Assembly: GCA_965203175.1 (NCBI GenBank)
Contig: OZ241867.1
Span: forward strand, 3,712,001 to 3,776,000
Direction of reading: 5' to 3'
DNA: 64,000 bases
From: Candidatus Latescibacterota bacterium
Lineage (GTDB): Bacteria; Latescibacterota; UBA2968; UBA8231
The position numbers and the translations under genes were made by a program. Numbering within the stretch: the first letter of the stretch is position 1; each line of letters begins with the position of its first letter. Positions 19,741-29,969 of this stretch are shown here, in pieces. The notes beneath the pieces are model-generated. The model saw only the letters and a program-made list of their open reading frames with translations, made no database searches and was not told the origin of the DNA.

Positions 19741-20346
19741 ATGTTCTGTCAGCTCGACGAAGCGATCGCGGATTTTCGCGCGGGGAAGTTTTTGGTCTTA
19801 GTCGATGCGCAGGAACGCGAAGACGAGGGCGACCTAATCTTAGCGGCTGAGCGCGTTTCTACCGCCAAGATAAATCGGATGCTGCAAGAGGCGCGCGGTC
19901 TGCTGCACTTGGCCACGACCGAGGTTCATCTAGCACGGCTCGGCGTGGGGTTGATTGAGCCGCACAATGCCGATTGGACGACCCCGCGCTTCGGCCTGCC
20001 CTTTGACGCGCGCGAGGGGATTGAAACCGGTGTCTCGGCTGCCGATCGCGCCACGTCCATTCAGTGCGCCCTCGACCCAGACACCGGCCCGGCGGACATT
20101 GTCATTCCCGGGCACGTATTTCCATTGGCAGCTCGCCCAGAGGGTTTGCTCAGCCGCCAGGGGCACACCGAAGGCGCAGTAGAGCTAGCTCGCCAAGCCG
20201 GTCTTTTTCCGGCGGCTGTCATGTCCGAGGTGATGACCGCGGATGGCACCATGGCCAAGGGCCAGCAACTCGTGGATTTTGCCGCTAGCTTCGGCTGTCG
20301 CTTGATCGACGTGGAGCAACTCCACCAAGCCGTGCTGGGCGGGTGA
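19741..20346 (+). CDS. ribB: 3,4-dihydroxy-2-butanone 4-phosphate synthase-like protein (divergent)
   Basis: REDEGD, TGVSAADR, PGHVFPL, RQGHTEG. Confidence 0.75.
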   Translation: MFCQLDEAIADFRAGKFLVLVDAQEREDEGDLILAAERVSTAKINRMLQEARGLLHLATTEVHLARLGVGLIEPHNADWTTPRFGLPFDAREGIETGVSAADRATSIQCALDPDTGPADIVIPGHVFPLAARPEGLLSRQGHTEGAVELARQAGLFPAAVMSEVMTADGTMAKGQQLVDFAASFGCRLIDVEQLHQAVLGG

Positions 20347-20435
20347 TGTAGGGGCACCGGTGCTAGGGGCTAGGCGTTGTACCTGTAACGAATCCATTCA
20401 CCTCAACGTTCCCTTATCTCTCCCTTGAGGCTCCT

Positions 20436-22562
20436 ATGTACAATCTCATCTTTCTTCTCACCGTAGTCCTCTGCGGGCGGCTCTATGCCGACGATCACCC
20501 GGTGAAGGCCAATTTTTTTGCCGATGTAGATGCCGTAGCGCCCGGCCAGTCTTTCCGGTTGGGGATCGAGCTGACGATGGAGGAGAAATGGCACACCTAC
20601 TGGCTTTTTAGCGGCGATGCCGGCCTGCCCATCGAAGTCGAGTGGCAGCTACCTGCCGACGTTGCAACAGGACCGTTGCAATGGCCCTTGCCCAACAAAT
20701 TCGAGGAACAGGGGGAACTGGTGGTCTATGGGTATGCCGACGAAGTGCTACTCATGGCCGAGGCTACTGCGCCGCAGGCGTTAGCAGCAGGGGATACACT
20801 GCACTTTGGGGCTGAGGTCTCTTGGTTGGTATGCCGCGAACTGTGCATCCCCGGAGGGGCATCGTTGACGTTGGCACTGCCAGTGGCCGCCGTCGGCAAG
20901 CCGAGCGTCCAGCAGGCACAATTTGACCGCTATGCAGCACAGGTGCCGGGCGCGTTGGACGAGCGCGTTGCGGTAGAACTCGCCGTGCGGGGCGAGGGGG
21001 CTGTGGAGGTTGACGTGCGCCTTTCCCACGAGGACAAGGCTTTGGAGCAGGGTGAGCAGACCCCCGACTTTTATCCGCTGGAGGCCGACGGTTTTGCGTT
21101 GTCCACCCGGCGTCTAGCTGCCGACCATCTCGTGCTGTCCGTCGAACCCTACGGCGACGCCGAAGTCGATGCGTTGCGCGGAGTGCTCGTCTATAGGCTA
21201 GATGGCGAGGTGCAGGCCGGGATGCTGGCGCTGGATTTGCGCGCTGCGCCGCGCCAGGGAGGAGGAATCTTGGAGCGGGATTACCGTGCGGCTAGCGGGG
21301 AGGTCGCGCGGTCGCTGTGGGTCTATATCGCCTTTGCGGTGTTGGGTGGGTTGATCCTCAACTTGATGCCCTGCGTGTTACCAGTCATCTCGCTCAAGGT
21401 GCTCGGCTTTGTCAATCAAGCCGGCGAGGAGACCAGGCGAGTACAGCAACTAGGGTGGGCGTTTTGCGCTGGTATTGTGGCTACTTTTTTGGTGCTGGCG
21501 CTAGCGGTGCTCTTGGTCAAAAGCAGTGGGGAGCAGATCGGTTGGGGTTTTCAGTTCCAGTACCCGGGTTTTGTGGTGGCGATGAGTGCCTTGGTTTTTG
21601 CGTTGGCTCTGAGTCTGTTCGGCGTCTATGAAATCCTGCTTCCGGGAACTAGTAACTTGGGGGGTATAGGGGGACGCGAGGGATTGACGGGCTCCTTTCT
21701 CAACGGCGTGCTGGCGACGATTCTGGCCACGCCTTGCACTGCGCCCTTTTTGGGGACCGCGCTTGGGTTTGCCTTTGCCCAGCCGGGCCTCGTCGTCGTC
21801 GCGGTCTTTTTGGCGATTGGCGTGGGGATGGCGCTGCCGTATGTGGTACTGGCGCTCAAGCCGGTGTGGATCGAGCATTTGCCGAAGCCCGGTTCTTGGA
21901 TGGTGCGGTTCAAGCAGCTAATGGGCTTTTTGTTGATGGCTACCGTGCTGTGGTTGCTATGGGTTTTAGGCAATCAGGTCGGGGTCGAAGGCGTGGTGTG
22001 GACGGGGGCCTTTTTGCTGGGTCTGGGGCTAGCCTGCTGGGTTTGGGGTCAGTGGGGCAGTTTCCAGCATTCCACCCGTTCAAAGAGGGTGGCCCGAGTG
22101 GTGGTACTGGTGCTGGTTGTGGGCAGCTATGCGATCTTTGTCCATCCGTTGTTGGCTGCCGAGCAGACCCTAGCCGCGCAGACTACTGAGTCTGGGCTAG
22201 ACTGGCAGCCGTTTAGTGCCGCGCACGTCGAGGAGTTGGTCGCGGGTGGGCAGATGGTCTTTATAGATTTTACGGCCGAGTGGTGCTGGACGTGCAAAGT
22301 CAACGAGCAGGCGGTGTTGGCGCAGCAAGTGGTACGCGAGCGGTTTGCCGCCCTAGATGTGGCTCTAGTCAAAGCCGATTGGACCAACCGCAATCCCGAA
22401 ATCACTCAGCTCTTGCGCGCCTTTGGGCGCTCAGGAGTGCCTCTGTACGTGATCTTTCCCGCCGGTCTTATCGACCAGCCGCTGGTGTTGCCCGAGGTTA
22501 TTACTGCAGAAATGGTCATCGAAAAACTAGACGCAGCCGCCGTGCTCGCCAACGGTGGCTGA
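20436..22562 (+). CDS. dsbD: DsbD-family protein-disulfide reductase
   Basis: WHTYW...LVCRELC, LNLMPCVLP, LATPCTAP, FTAEWCWTC thioredoxin motif. Confidence 0.92.
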   Translation: MYNLIFLLTVVLCGRLYADDHPVKANFFADVDAVAPGQSFRLGIELTMEEKWHTYWLFSGDAGLPIEVEWQLPADVATGPLQWPLPNKFEEQGELVVYGYADEVLLMAEATAPQALAAGDTLHFGAEVSWLVCRELCIPGGASLTLALPVAAVGKPSVQQAQFDRYAAQVPGALDERVAVELAVRGEGAVEVDVRLSHEDKALEQGEQTPDFYPLEADGFALSTRRLAADHLVLSVEPYGDAEVDALRGVLVYRLDGEVQAGMLALDLRAAPRQGGGILERDYRAASGEVARSLWVYIAFAVLGGLILNLMPCVLPVISLKVLGFVNQAGEETRRVQQLGWAFCAGIVATFLVLALAVLLVKSSGEQIGWGFQFQYPGFVVAMSALVFALALSLFGVYEILLPGTSNLGGIGGREGLTGSFLNGVLATILATPCTAPFLGTALGFAFAQPGLVVVAVFLAIGVGMALPYVVLALKPVWIEHLPKPGSWMVRFKQLMGFLLMATVLWLLWVLGNQVGVEGVVWTGAFLLGLGLACWVWGQWGSFQHSTRSKRVARVVVLVLVVGSYAIFVHPLLAAEQTLAAQTTESGLDWQPFSAAHVEELVAGGQMVFIDFTAEWCWTCKVNEQAVLAQQVVRERFAALDVALVKADWTNRNPEITQLLRAFGRSGVPLYVIFPAGLIDQPLVLPEVITAEMVIEKLDAAAVLANGG

Positions 22563-23391
22563 GACTCCCGTGTTCTCGGTTGTCATTCCCGTGTACAATC
22601 GCCGCGCATTAGTCGGCCGGGCGATCCGTTCGGTACTGGCGCAGCAGGGGGCGGACTTTGAGGTGATCGTAGTTGACGACGCCTCCGACGACGGTACGCC
22701 CGAGCGGGTACGCGAGGAATTTGGCGACGCGGTCAAAATAGTAATTATGGAAGAAAACAGCGGGGTATCCGCCGCGCGCAATCGCGGGATCGCCGCGGCT
22801 GAGAGAGAGTGGATCGCCCTGCTCGATTCGGATGACGAGTGGTTGCCCAACAAACTCACACAACAATCAGCGGCCCTGCGCGAGAGCGGGTTGTTAATCT
22901 GTCACACCGACGAGATCTGGATCCGCAATGGCGTGCGGGTCAACCCTCACAAACACCACCAGAAATACGGCGGCGACATTTTCTTTCGGGCTTTGCCGTT
23001 GTGTGTTATGTCGCCTTCGTCGATTGCAATTCACCGCCAGGTTTTTGTGGATGTTGGGATGTTTGACGAATGTCTGCCTGCCTGCGAGGACTACGAACTT
23101 TGGTTGCGAATTGCCTGCCGCTACGAGGTAGTCTATTTGGCGGAGAAACTCATCCGCAAATACGGTGGCCACGCCGATCAATTATCGCAGGCTCACTACG
23201 CGATGGATCGCTTCCGAGTGTACGCGCTCGACAAGCTGCTGCGCGAGGCACCGCAACTCGCACCGGATCGCGCCGCGGCCGCGCGCGCCATGCTATTGCG
23301 CAAGGCGCGCATTGTCGAGCGCGGAGCCGCCAAGCGCGACAACGCGGAATTGCAGCGGCAGATGGGCGATTATATAGCGCGCTGGCAGTGA
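22555..23391 (+). CDS. GT2-family glycosyltransferase
   Basis: SVVIPVYN, VVDDASDD, SAARNRG, LDSDD, CEDYELWLR. Confidence 0.92.
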   Translation: MAETPVFSVVIPVYNRRALVGRAIRSVLAQQGADFEVIVVDDASDDGTPERVREEFGDAVKIVIMEENSGVSAARNRGIAAAEREWIALLDSDDEWLPNKLTQQSAALRESGLLICHTDEIWIRNGVRVNPHKHHQKYGGDIFFRALPLCVMSPSSIAIHRQVFVDVGMFDECLPACEDYELWLRIACRYEVVYLAEKLIRKYGGHADQLSQAHYAMDRFRVYALDKLLREAPQLAPDRAAAARAMLLRKARIVERGAAKRDNAELQRQMGDYIARWQ

Positions 23392-23400
23392 TAGGTCGAA

Positions 23401-23439
23401 ATAAAATCCCCCTAGTCCGCAAGACTAGGGGGATTTTAT
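23401..23439. terminator. bidirectional rho-independent terminator
   Basis: Perfect ATAAAATCCCCCTAGTC-cgcaa-GACTAGGGGGATTTTAT between convergent genes. Confidence 0.9.
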
Positions 23440-23458
23440 GATCGTTCTGTAAAGCCTG

Positions 23459-23896
23459 TTATTCGCCGAGTTGTTTCTTGAGTTCTCGCTTGCTTATGGT
23501 GCGGAGTTGGTCAAGCCTTGGGAGGTGCTTGCGGCGCGGTTTGGATGTGCCCGCTTCCCAGCGCAGAACAGTGTTGGTGCTAACGTTGAGTATTTCGCCG
23601 AGTTCGGCTTGAGAGAGCTTGAGGCGCTTGCGATGCTTCTTGATTGTATTCGGGGCGATCCGAAGTTGTTTTCTCCTATCGGTATCGCCTGCGGGTTTGC
23701 GGACTTTGGCGGCTGGTTTGGCAGCAGCCGATTTGGTAGTGGCCTTTGCCTTCGCTGAGCCGAGTTGTTTTTCCAAGCGAGCGATCGCATCGCGTTGTTC
23801 GCGCACTGTTTGCTTGAGCTCGCGCACTTGGTCTTGCACCTCTTTGCGGGCGATCTTACTGATCTCTTCTCTCAAAAGAGTTGCTATGCTAGGCAT
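23459..23896 (-). CDS. XRE/Cro HTH protein with N-terminal coiled coil
   Basis: MPSIATLLREEISKIARKE coiled coil; RKRLKLSQAELGEILNVSTNTVLRWEAGTSKP HTH; ATG 23896 behind AAGGA. Confidence 0.85.
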   Translation of the reverse strand: MPSIATLLREEISKIARKEVQDQVRELKQTVREQRDAIARLEKQLGSAKAKATTKSAAAKPAAKVRKPAGDTDRRKQLRIAPNTIKKHRKRLKLSQAELGEILNVSTNTVLRWEAGTSKPRRKHLPRLDQLRTISKRELKKQLGE

Positions 23897-23918
23897 GAAA
23901 TATCCTTTCACTCTTGAA

Positions 23919-24180
23919 TAGGTTTATGTATAACGTTTCTAAATTAAGAAAAAAACCTAGTATTTAGCAAATGCACCGCAAAGTGATATTGCACGTGCTA
24001 ACGGAAAAGTAGCAAAAGACGGTGCAGTAAATATTCTCATCTTCTACCGGAATATTAGAGACAAAACCCTCTTGTCGGTCCAAACAAAGGACAACAACAG
24101 GGATTGTTCTTATAACTGAATTGCTAGCGACGGTATGCGACAAATTGCGCACGTCATTACAACTTTTGTCGAACGTTTTT
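23919..24180 (+). ncRNA. candidate structured RNA / multi-hairpin intergenic element (family unknown)
   Basis: Five consecutive pairable stems found by eye (see findings), ending in a hairpin plus TTTTT; strand tentative. Confidence 0.3.
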
Positions 24181-24183
24181 ACG

Positions 24184-25638
24184 CTAGGCGTTGTAAGCCG
24201 TCGATGCCGTAGTTCCTCCACGCCCGGTCCAGTTGGTGTGAAAAAACATGCCGCGCGGTTTGTCAGTGCGCTCATACGTGTGGGCACCAAAGTAATCGCG
24301 TTGGGCTTGGAGCAGGTTGGCGGGTAGGCGGGCGGAGCGATAGCCGTCGTAGTACGCAAGGGCACTGGCAAAGGTCGGTACGGGTATGCCGAGGGTCGTA
24401 GCTGTAGCCACGACTCTGCGCCAAGACGCTTGGGCTTGCGCGATTGCTGCGCTGAAGTACGGTGCGAGCAGCAGATTGGCCAGCGTTGGATCCGCGTCAA
24501 AGGCTTCCTTGATGCGGCCCAAAAACTGAGCGCGAATGATGCAGCCGCCGCGCCACAGCAGGGCGATGCCGCCATAGTTGAGTTCCCATCCATATTCGCG
24601 GGCAGCGAGGGCGAGCAATTGATAGCCTTGGGCGTAGGAACAAATTTTAGCCGCGTACAAGGCTTGGCGGATGTCTGCGACAAAAGCGTCTTTGTCGCCA
24701 GTGAATGAAGCGTCTGGGCCTTGGAGGACATCGGCCGCAGCTACGCGCTCGTCTTTGAGAAAGGATAGGGCGCGGCTGAAGACCGCCTCGGTAATGGCGG
24801 TTACTGGAGCGCCCAATTGCAGGGCGTCGATGCCGGTCCACTTGCCGGTGCCCTTTTGGCCGGCCGCGTCGAGTATGACATCGACCATTGGCTGGCCGGT
24901 TTCTTCGTCGATCTTGGCGAGGATATCGCCAGTGATTTCGATGAGGTAGCTGTCGAGTTCGCCCTCGTTCCACTGCTTGAAAATTTCGCTCTGTGCCTGC
25001 GGCTCGATGCCGAGGCCTTCGCGCATCAGGGCGTATGCCTCGGCGATCATCTGCATGTCGCCGTATTCGATGCCGTTGTGGACCATTTTTACATAGTGGC
25101 CGGCACCGTCGCGGCCCACCCAATCGCAACACGGGTTGCCGTCGGCGACTTTGGCGGCAATGGCTTGAAAGAGAGCTTTGATGTGGGGCCAGGCCGCGGG
25201 ATTGCCCCCAGGCATGATACTCGGGCCTTTGAGCGCGCCCTCCTCGCCACCGGAGACGCCCGTGCCCACGTAGAGCAAACCTTTGGCTGCGAGCTCTTGG
25301 GTGCGACGGGCCGTGTCTTGGTAGTTGGAGTTGCCGCCGTCGATGAGGATGTCGCCTTGGTCGAGCAGGGGCACGAGTTCGGCTATAACGCGGTCCACGG
25401 CTTGGCCGGCTTGAACCATCAGCATCACGCGGCGCGGCTTTTTGAGCTGGGCGAGCAGTTCGGCTGGCGAGTGGGTACCTATGATGGATTTACCGCGGGC
25501 GCGACCGGCCATAAAGGCATCGACCTTAGCGGTTGTGCGGTTGTAAACGGCAACAGTGAAACCGTGACTAGCCATGTTGAGGACGAGGTTTTCGCCCATC
25601 ACGGCTAGGCCGATTAGGCCGATGTCTGCTCGGCTCAT
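24184..25638 (-). CDS. gnd: NADP-dependent 6-phosphogluconate dehydrogenase
   Basis: [50 protein letters not shown]. Confidence 0.97.
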   Translation of the reverse strand: MSRADIGLIGLAVMGENLVLNMASHGFTVAVYNRTTAKVDAFMAGRARGKSIIGTHSPAELLAQLKKPRRVMLMVQAGQAVDRVIAELVPLLDQGDILIDGGNSNYQDTARRTQELAAKGLLYVGTGVSGGEEGALKGPSIMPGGNPAAWPHIKALFQAIAAKVADGNPCCDWVGRDGAGHYVKMVHNGIEYGDMQMIAEAYALMREGLGIEPQAQSEIFKQWNEGELDSYLIEITGDILAKIDEETGQPMVDVILDAAGQKGTGKWTGIDALQLGAPVTAITEAVFSRALSFLKDERVAAADVLQGPDASFTGDKDAFVADIRQALYAAKICSYAQGYQLLALAAREYGWELNYGGIALLWRGGCIIRAQFLGRIKEAFDADPTLANLLLAPYFSAAIAQAQASWRRVVATATTLGIPVPTFASALAYYDGYRSARLPANLLQAQRDYFGAHTYERTDKPRGMFFHTNWTGRGGTTASTAYNA

Positions 25639-27329
25639 TGGACTTCTCCTGTAAGGTCGTTGTTCGAGTCTAAGGCGCGGCGCAATTGGGCAATACCCGC
25701 GTCGATGTCCGCGCCTAGATGGATGCAGAGTACGGCTCTTCCTTGATCGACGAGGGCTTGGCGGTCGCCGAGGGCTTGGGCTTGGGCGAGGACGCCGAAC
25801 GTGATGCTAGAGGCCGAGGTTCCGGCTTCGTCGGGAATCGGCGCATCCTCTGCTGAGTCGGCCGTTAGCTGAATGAAAAGTCCGCGTCCGGCGTCGCCCT
25901 TGTGCAATTGGCCGGTCGAGTGCAGGAAGCGCGGCCCAAAGCCGAGGGTCGTAGCTAGACCGGTGCGCGCTAGTAGCTGGCGGCGCAGATCCTGTAGGGC
26001 GTTGGTGGTCGCCGGGGTCGGCGGGAGGTGCGCTTGCAGGGCAATGTACGCGCGTCCTGGTTCGCCGATTGCCAGAAAGTGCGCCAAGGCCTGTGGTAAG
26101 GTGGTGCCCTGTACTGGTCCGTATAGCGCGAGACCATCGACGAGATCGGGTGTGGAGGCGGGCAGCGCGCCGCGTTGCTGGTAGGTGGCCACCATCTGGC
26201 GGGCCAGTTCCTTGGCTGCCTCGACATCGGGCTGGTCGAAGGGATGGATGTCGAGAAAGAATCCGGCGATGGCCGTGGCAATTTCCCAGTGAAAGAAGGC
26301 CGCGCCGAGATCGTAGGCGTCTGCTAACTGGAGGCGCAGGATCGGGTGTCCGGCTGCGGCAATGGCTTGGGCGTGGGTATCGGCCGCGTCGTCCAAACGG
26401 AGATGGATGAAGAGCCGATCAGGTCCGTAGGTGTGGGCTGCGCACTCAGGTTCTAGATCGACTGGCAGCAGGCCCTTGCCGTCTTTGCCCGTACTCTCGG
26501 CGATGAGTTGCTCGATCCAAGCGCCCGCCGCGCTGGTGGCTGGCGAAGTGATGAGCGTTAGCTTGTCGCGGCCAGCGAGCGCACCAGCGCCGAGAAAGGC
26601 ACCGAGTTGGATGCCCGGTTGCGGGTCGGTAGTGGCTCGCTCGGCCCGATCGAGCAGGCGGTCGAGATCCGCACCAATGGCACCGACCGCGACCAAGCCA
26701 TAGTACGACAGGGCCGAGTAGCGCCCGCCGATGTTGGGGTCGTTGCGGAAGATATGGCGAAAGCCGAGGTGTTGCGCGAGGGATTCGAGGCCGCTGCTTG
26801 GATCGGTGATAGCGGCGAAGTGCTGTCCGGCTTCCTCTAGCCCGACAGCGTTTGCCGTGCGGTTGTAGAAGTACTTGAGCAAGGACAGCGTCTCTACGGT
26901 GCCGCCGGATTTGGTGGCCGGGAGAAATAGGGTGCGGGTTAGGTCGAGGGTGCGCTCTTTGGCTAAGACGGCGTCGGGCTGGGTGCTGTCGAGTACCGAG
27001 AGGTCGAGAAAACCGTCGGCGACGCCAAAAATCGCGCGGAAGACTTCCGGCGCGAGGCTAGAGCCGCCCATGCCCAACAGCAGGGCGTGGGTGTAGCCAT
27101 CGGCGCAGACGGCGTCGATGAATTGGCGGATGGGGCCGATGGCATCCCGCATGACGTGCGGGCTGTCGAGCCACCCGAGCCGGTTGGCTATCTCGGTTGG
27201 GTCGGGCCGCCAGACAGTGTGATCGCGCGCGAGGATGCGCCCATAGACGCGCTCGGCGGCTAGGCGCTCGGCGGCCTGCTGCACCTGTGCGCCGAAATCG
27301 GCCGAGGCCCGAAGGGCAGAAATCTGCAT
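25635..27329 (-). CDS. pgi: glucose-6-phosphate isomerase (Tal-Pgi type, standalone)
   Basis: [61 protein letters not shown]. Confidence 0.88.
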   Translation of the reverse strand: MQISALRASADFGAQVQQAAERLAAERVYGRILARDHTVWRPDPTEIANRLGWLDSPHVMRDAIGPIRQFIDAVCADGYTHALLLGMGGSSLAPEVFRAIFGVADGFLDLSVLDSTQPDAVLAKERTLDLTRTLFLPATKSGGTVETLSLLKYFYNRTANAVGLEEAGQHFAAITDPSSGLESLAQHLGFRHIFRNDPNIGGRYSALSYYGLVAVGAIGADLDRLLDRAERATTDPQPGIQLGAFLGAGALAGRDKLTLITSPATSAAGAWIEQLIAESTGKDGKGLLPVDLEPECAAHTYGPDRLFIHLRLDDAADTHAQAIAAAGHPILRLQLADAYDLGAAFFHWEIATAIAGFFLDIHPFDQPDVEAAKELARQMVATYQQRGALPASTPDLVDGLALYGPVQGTTLPQALAHFLAIGEPGRAYIALQAHLPPTPATTNALQDLRRQLLARTGLATTLGFGPRFLHSTGQLHKGDAGRGLFIQLTADSAEDAPIPDEAGTSASSITFGVLAQAQALGDRQALVDQGRAVLCIHLGADIDAGIAQLRRALDSNNDLTGEVQ

Positions 27330-27429
27330 TGGATGTCCTACGCGATTTGTCTTCTACGTTGGGAATGCTTAAAGAAAGTACGCGGTCGGACGGGGAGCGC
27401 AAACGACGCGATTCAGCGAGAGGAACTCT

Positions 27430-27663
27430 ATGCAAGCGACACTTTATACAGACGATGGGGCGTATTTCATCCGCTTGGGCAATGGTTTGGTACTCCGGTG
27501 GTGCCAAGCGGAAGAGGGGTGGAACAAGAACCGAGTCGAGTTGCCCGGCGGGGCTAGGCAGATCGACTTCGCGGACCTGCCGGAGGTCCTGCGCGAAGAG
27601 GTGCTAGCGGTTTTGGCGCGCGCCGCGGCGATGCAAGGGGCGATGGGAGGGGCGAATAACTGA
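27430..27663 (+). CDS. small hypothetical protein
   Basis: GAGGA SD, 77 aa, fills the gap between flanking minus-strand genes. Confidence 0.6.
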   Translation: MQATLYTDDGAYFIRLGNGLVLRWCQAEEGWNKNRVELPGGARQIDFADLPEVLREEVLAVLARAAAMQGAMGGANN

Positions 27664-27707
27664 ATTGTCGCCTGACGCAAATGGCTCATGCTGACTTAGC
27701 AGGCTCG

Positions 27708-29939
27708 TCAATTGCGAGCAGGGCTGTGGTGGCCTTGGGCCGCGCCATCCCGCTCGGGTGCCAAAGACACGGCCTTCCGCACTAGTGGAATTAAGGCCGC
27801 TTGGCCTTGCCGCACCCGATAAGCCTGGTCCAGCGGAACATCCGCAAAGCGCTGAACCTCGTCCTCGCCCGGCCAGATTATCGCAATTTCCCGGATGGCC
27901 GTGGCCTGTCCCAGACCGATTTCCTGTTGCAGGCTCGAAGCTCCGAAGCTGGCACCGCTGCTCACCGTCCTGTGGATTGATCGGGTGTCCCCTGAAGTTT
28001 CTACTTGGACCTCGACGCGGGCTCCAATGGCACTGCGATTGGCTTGGGTGCCCTCCAAGAGCAAGGTGATCCAGTGGTGGCCGTGTCCGGGATTTTCGAA
28101 AAGGACATTCTGGAAGATATCCCCCGTATAGGCCCCGCCTATGACCGCGTAGATATCCTGGTCGCCATCGTTGTCTAAATCGCCGACAGCCACCCCGTGT
28201 CCTTTCTGCAAATGGCCGAAGCCGCCCGAGGCGGTGACGTCCTGAAAGACCCGTCCTCCGGCGTTGCGAAACATGCGGTTGGGCATCACCGAGCGCAGGG
28301 AAGGCGCGCCTGTGCCAGCATAGAAATCGAGCCAGCCGTCGTTGTCTAGATCGACGTAATTGCACCCCATCGTATAGAGCACTTTGTGGAGGTGGTGGCC
28401 CTGGCTGACATCGGCAAAGGTGCCGTTGCCTCGGTTGCGAAAAAGTCGGGCGCGTTCGGCGTCGGTGGGCAGGCCCAGATAATCGGCTGCTACATCCCCG
28501 GCGTTGATTTCGGGATTGTAGTGATAACCCGAAGCGAATAAGTCGAGCCAGCCGTCGTTGTCAAAGTCCCAAAACCAAGTGGGGAAACTGTTGTGCGGCT
28601 GTTTGACTCCTGCTAGGCTGGCTACATCGACGAAGCGCGGCCCTTCGGTCGATTCGGTCCCTCGGTTGCGGAAGAGGAAATTGTCGCCCATCAGGCGCGA
28701 GACGTATAAATCGACCTGCCCATCGTTGTCAAAGTCTCCCCAAGTCGCGCCCTTGACAAAGCCTTGGGTGGCTAATCCGAGAGAGGCGGCCTTTTCGGCG
28801 AAGGTGCCGTCGCCTTGGTTGTGGAAGAGTTCGCTGGGGTGGATATCACCGTCGTCGAGAAAGGTCTCGTTGCCGATGAATAGATCGAGCCAGCCATCGT
28901 TGTCGAAGTCGGCCCAAGCCGCGGTCTGGGTGGGATGGAAACTGAGTAAGCCTGCCGCTTCTGTCACGTCGGCAAAGGTGCCGCCTTGGTTGCGCACCAG
29001 CGAATTGGGGTGCTGGCCGTCGACTCCCATCCAAGCTCCTCGCAGGACCAGAAAATCGAGCCAGCTATCGTTGTCGAAATCGGCGTGGACCAGTTGCAGA
29101 CCACCGGTGAGGCCAGTGAGGCCGACTGCTTGGGTGCGCTCGCTGAAAGTGCCATCGCCTTGGTTGCGGAAATAGCGGAGTTGGTCGTCTAAGGCCCAAG
29201 ACGAGACCACTAGATCGAGTAGGCCGTCGTTGTCAAAATCGTCCATGATGCTGCCGCCGGATAAGGATACCAAGTCGAGCCTCAGGAAGGGAGCGATGTC
29301 GGGGAAGTGGCCGATGTCGTACTCAGAGGCAAAAAGCGACGGCGCGAGAAGCCACTGGGACGGGACTTGATCGGGGTACTCCCCTAGGGTCATATAGGCG
29401 ATATTGAGAAGCCAGCGAGCGGTCAAATCGTCGGGATTTTGCTCCAGCACGGTGGTGAAGTAGGCCAAGGCCGTCCGCGATCCCTGTGGGTCGGCGTGAA
29501 CGCCGTCGGGACCGATGGGGAATAGACACGCGGCTGTCGTATGACCTTCCAGACAATTGACCTGTTCGCCCAAGCGCATATAGGCGAGACCCAAGATCAT
29601 GTCTAGGCTCGGCTGCGTGCGGATCCGATGATGTTCGATCTCAGGCTGCAATGCGTATAATTCGTCAATGGAAGCCTGAGTCTGGCCAGCTCGCAGACGC
29701 TCGCGGGCCAATACAATCCGGGTGCGCAGGCGGGCTAGGGGATATGAGTGTTCTTGTAGGCGGCTGAAGTGCTCCACCCGCAAGTCGTTCAGATAGATGT
29801 TGGAAATCGGATTGCGGTTGAGGGCAATTTGTCGCAGACGCTCGGCCATTCGCTGGGTATCCGCAGCGGACGGCGGAGCTTCGGGAGCTGTACAGGCGGC
29901 TAGGGATACGACGGCTAGGGAGAGGGTAGAGTACAGCAT
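27708..29939 (-). CDS. CRTAC1-family lipoprotein (FG-GAP repeats + ASPIC/UnbV)
   Basis: Lipobox LAAC; repeated DFDNDGWLDL; C-terminal NRSAIGARV...IGLG...IIWP. Confidence 0.9.
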   Translation of the reverse strand: MLYSTLSLAVVSLAACTAPEAPPSAADTQRMAERLRQIALNRNPISNIYLNDLRVEHFSRLQEHSYPLARLRTRIVLARERLRAGQTQASIDELYALQPEIEHHRIRTQPSLDMILGLAYMRLGEQVNCLEGHTTAACLFPIGPDGVHADPQGSRTALAYFTTVLEQNPDDLTARWLLNIAYMTLGEYPDQVPSQWLLAPSLFASEYDIGHFPDIAPFLRLDLVSLSGGSIMDDFDNDGLLDLVVSSWALDDQLRYFRNQGDGTFSERTQAVGLTGLTGGLQLVHADFDNDSWLDFLVLRGAWMGVDGQHPNSLVRNQGGTFADVTEAAGLLSFHPTQTAAWADFDNDGWLDLFIGNETFLDDGDIHPSELFHNQGDGTFAEKAASLGLATQGFVKGATWGDFDNDGQVDLYVSRLMGDNFLFRNRGTESTEGPRFVDVASLAGVKQPHNSFPTWFWDFDNDGWLDLFASGYHYNPEINAGDVAADYLGLPTDAERARLFRNRGNGTFADVSQGHHLHKVLYTMGCNYVDLDNDGWLDFYAGTGAPSLRSVMPNRMFRNAGGRVFQDVTASGGFGHLQKGHGVAVGDLDNDGDQDIYAVIGGAYTGDIFQNVLFENPGHGHHWITLLLEGTQANRSAIGARVEVQVETSGDTRSIHRTVSSGASFGASSLQQEIGLGQATAIREIAIIWPGEDEVQRFADVPLDQAYRVRQGQAALIPLVRKAVSLAPERDGAAQGHHSPARN

Positions 29940-29969
29940 TATAGCATTCCTGCGAGCATTGTTTGGGTG

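Noticed and set aside
20347-20375. GTAGGGGC REP-like start
   Set aside because: No matching GCCCCTAC arm and no second copy seen
23965-24030. c-di-GMP-I riboswitch resemblance (GCAAA, CTAA, TAGC)
   Set aside because: Lacks the GNRA-capped stem and correct motif order
23964-24731. 255-aa minus-strand ORF
   Set aside because: Alternative frame overlapping gnd; no recognisable motifs
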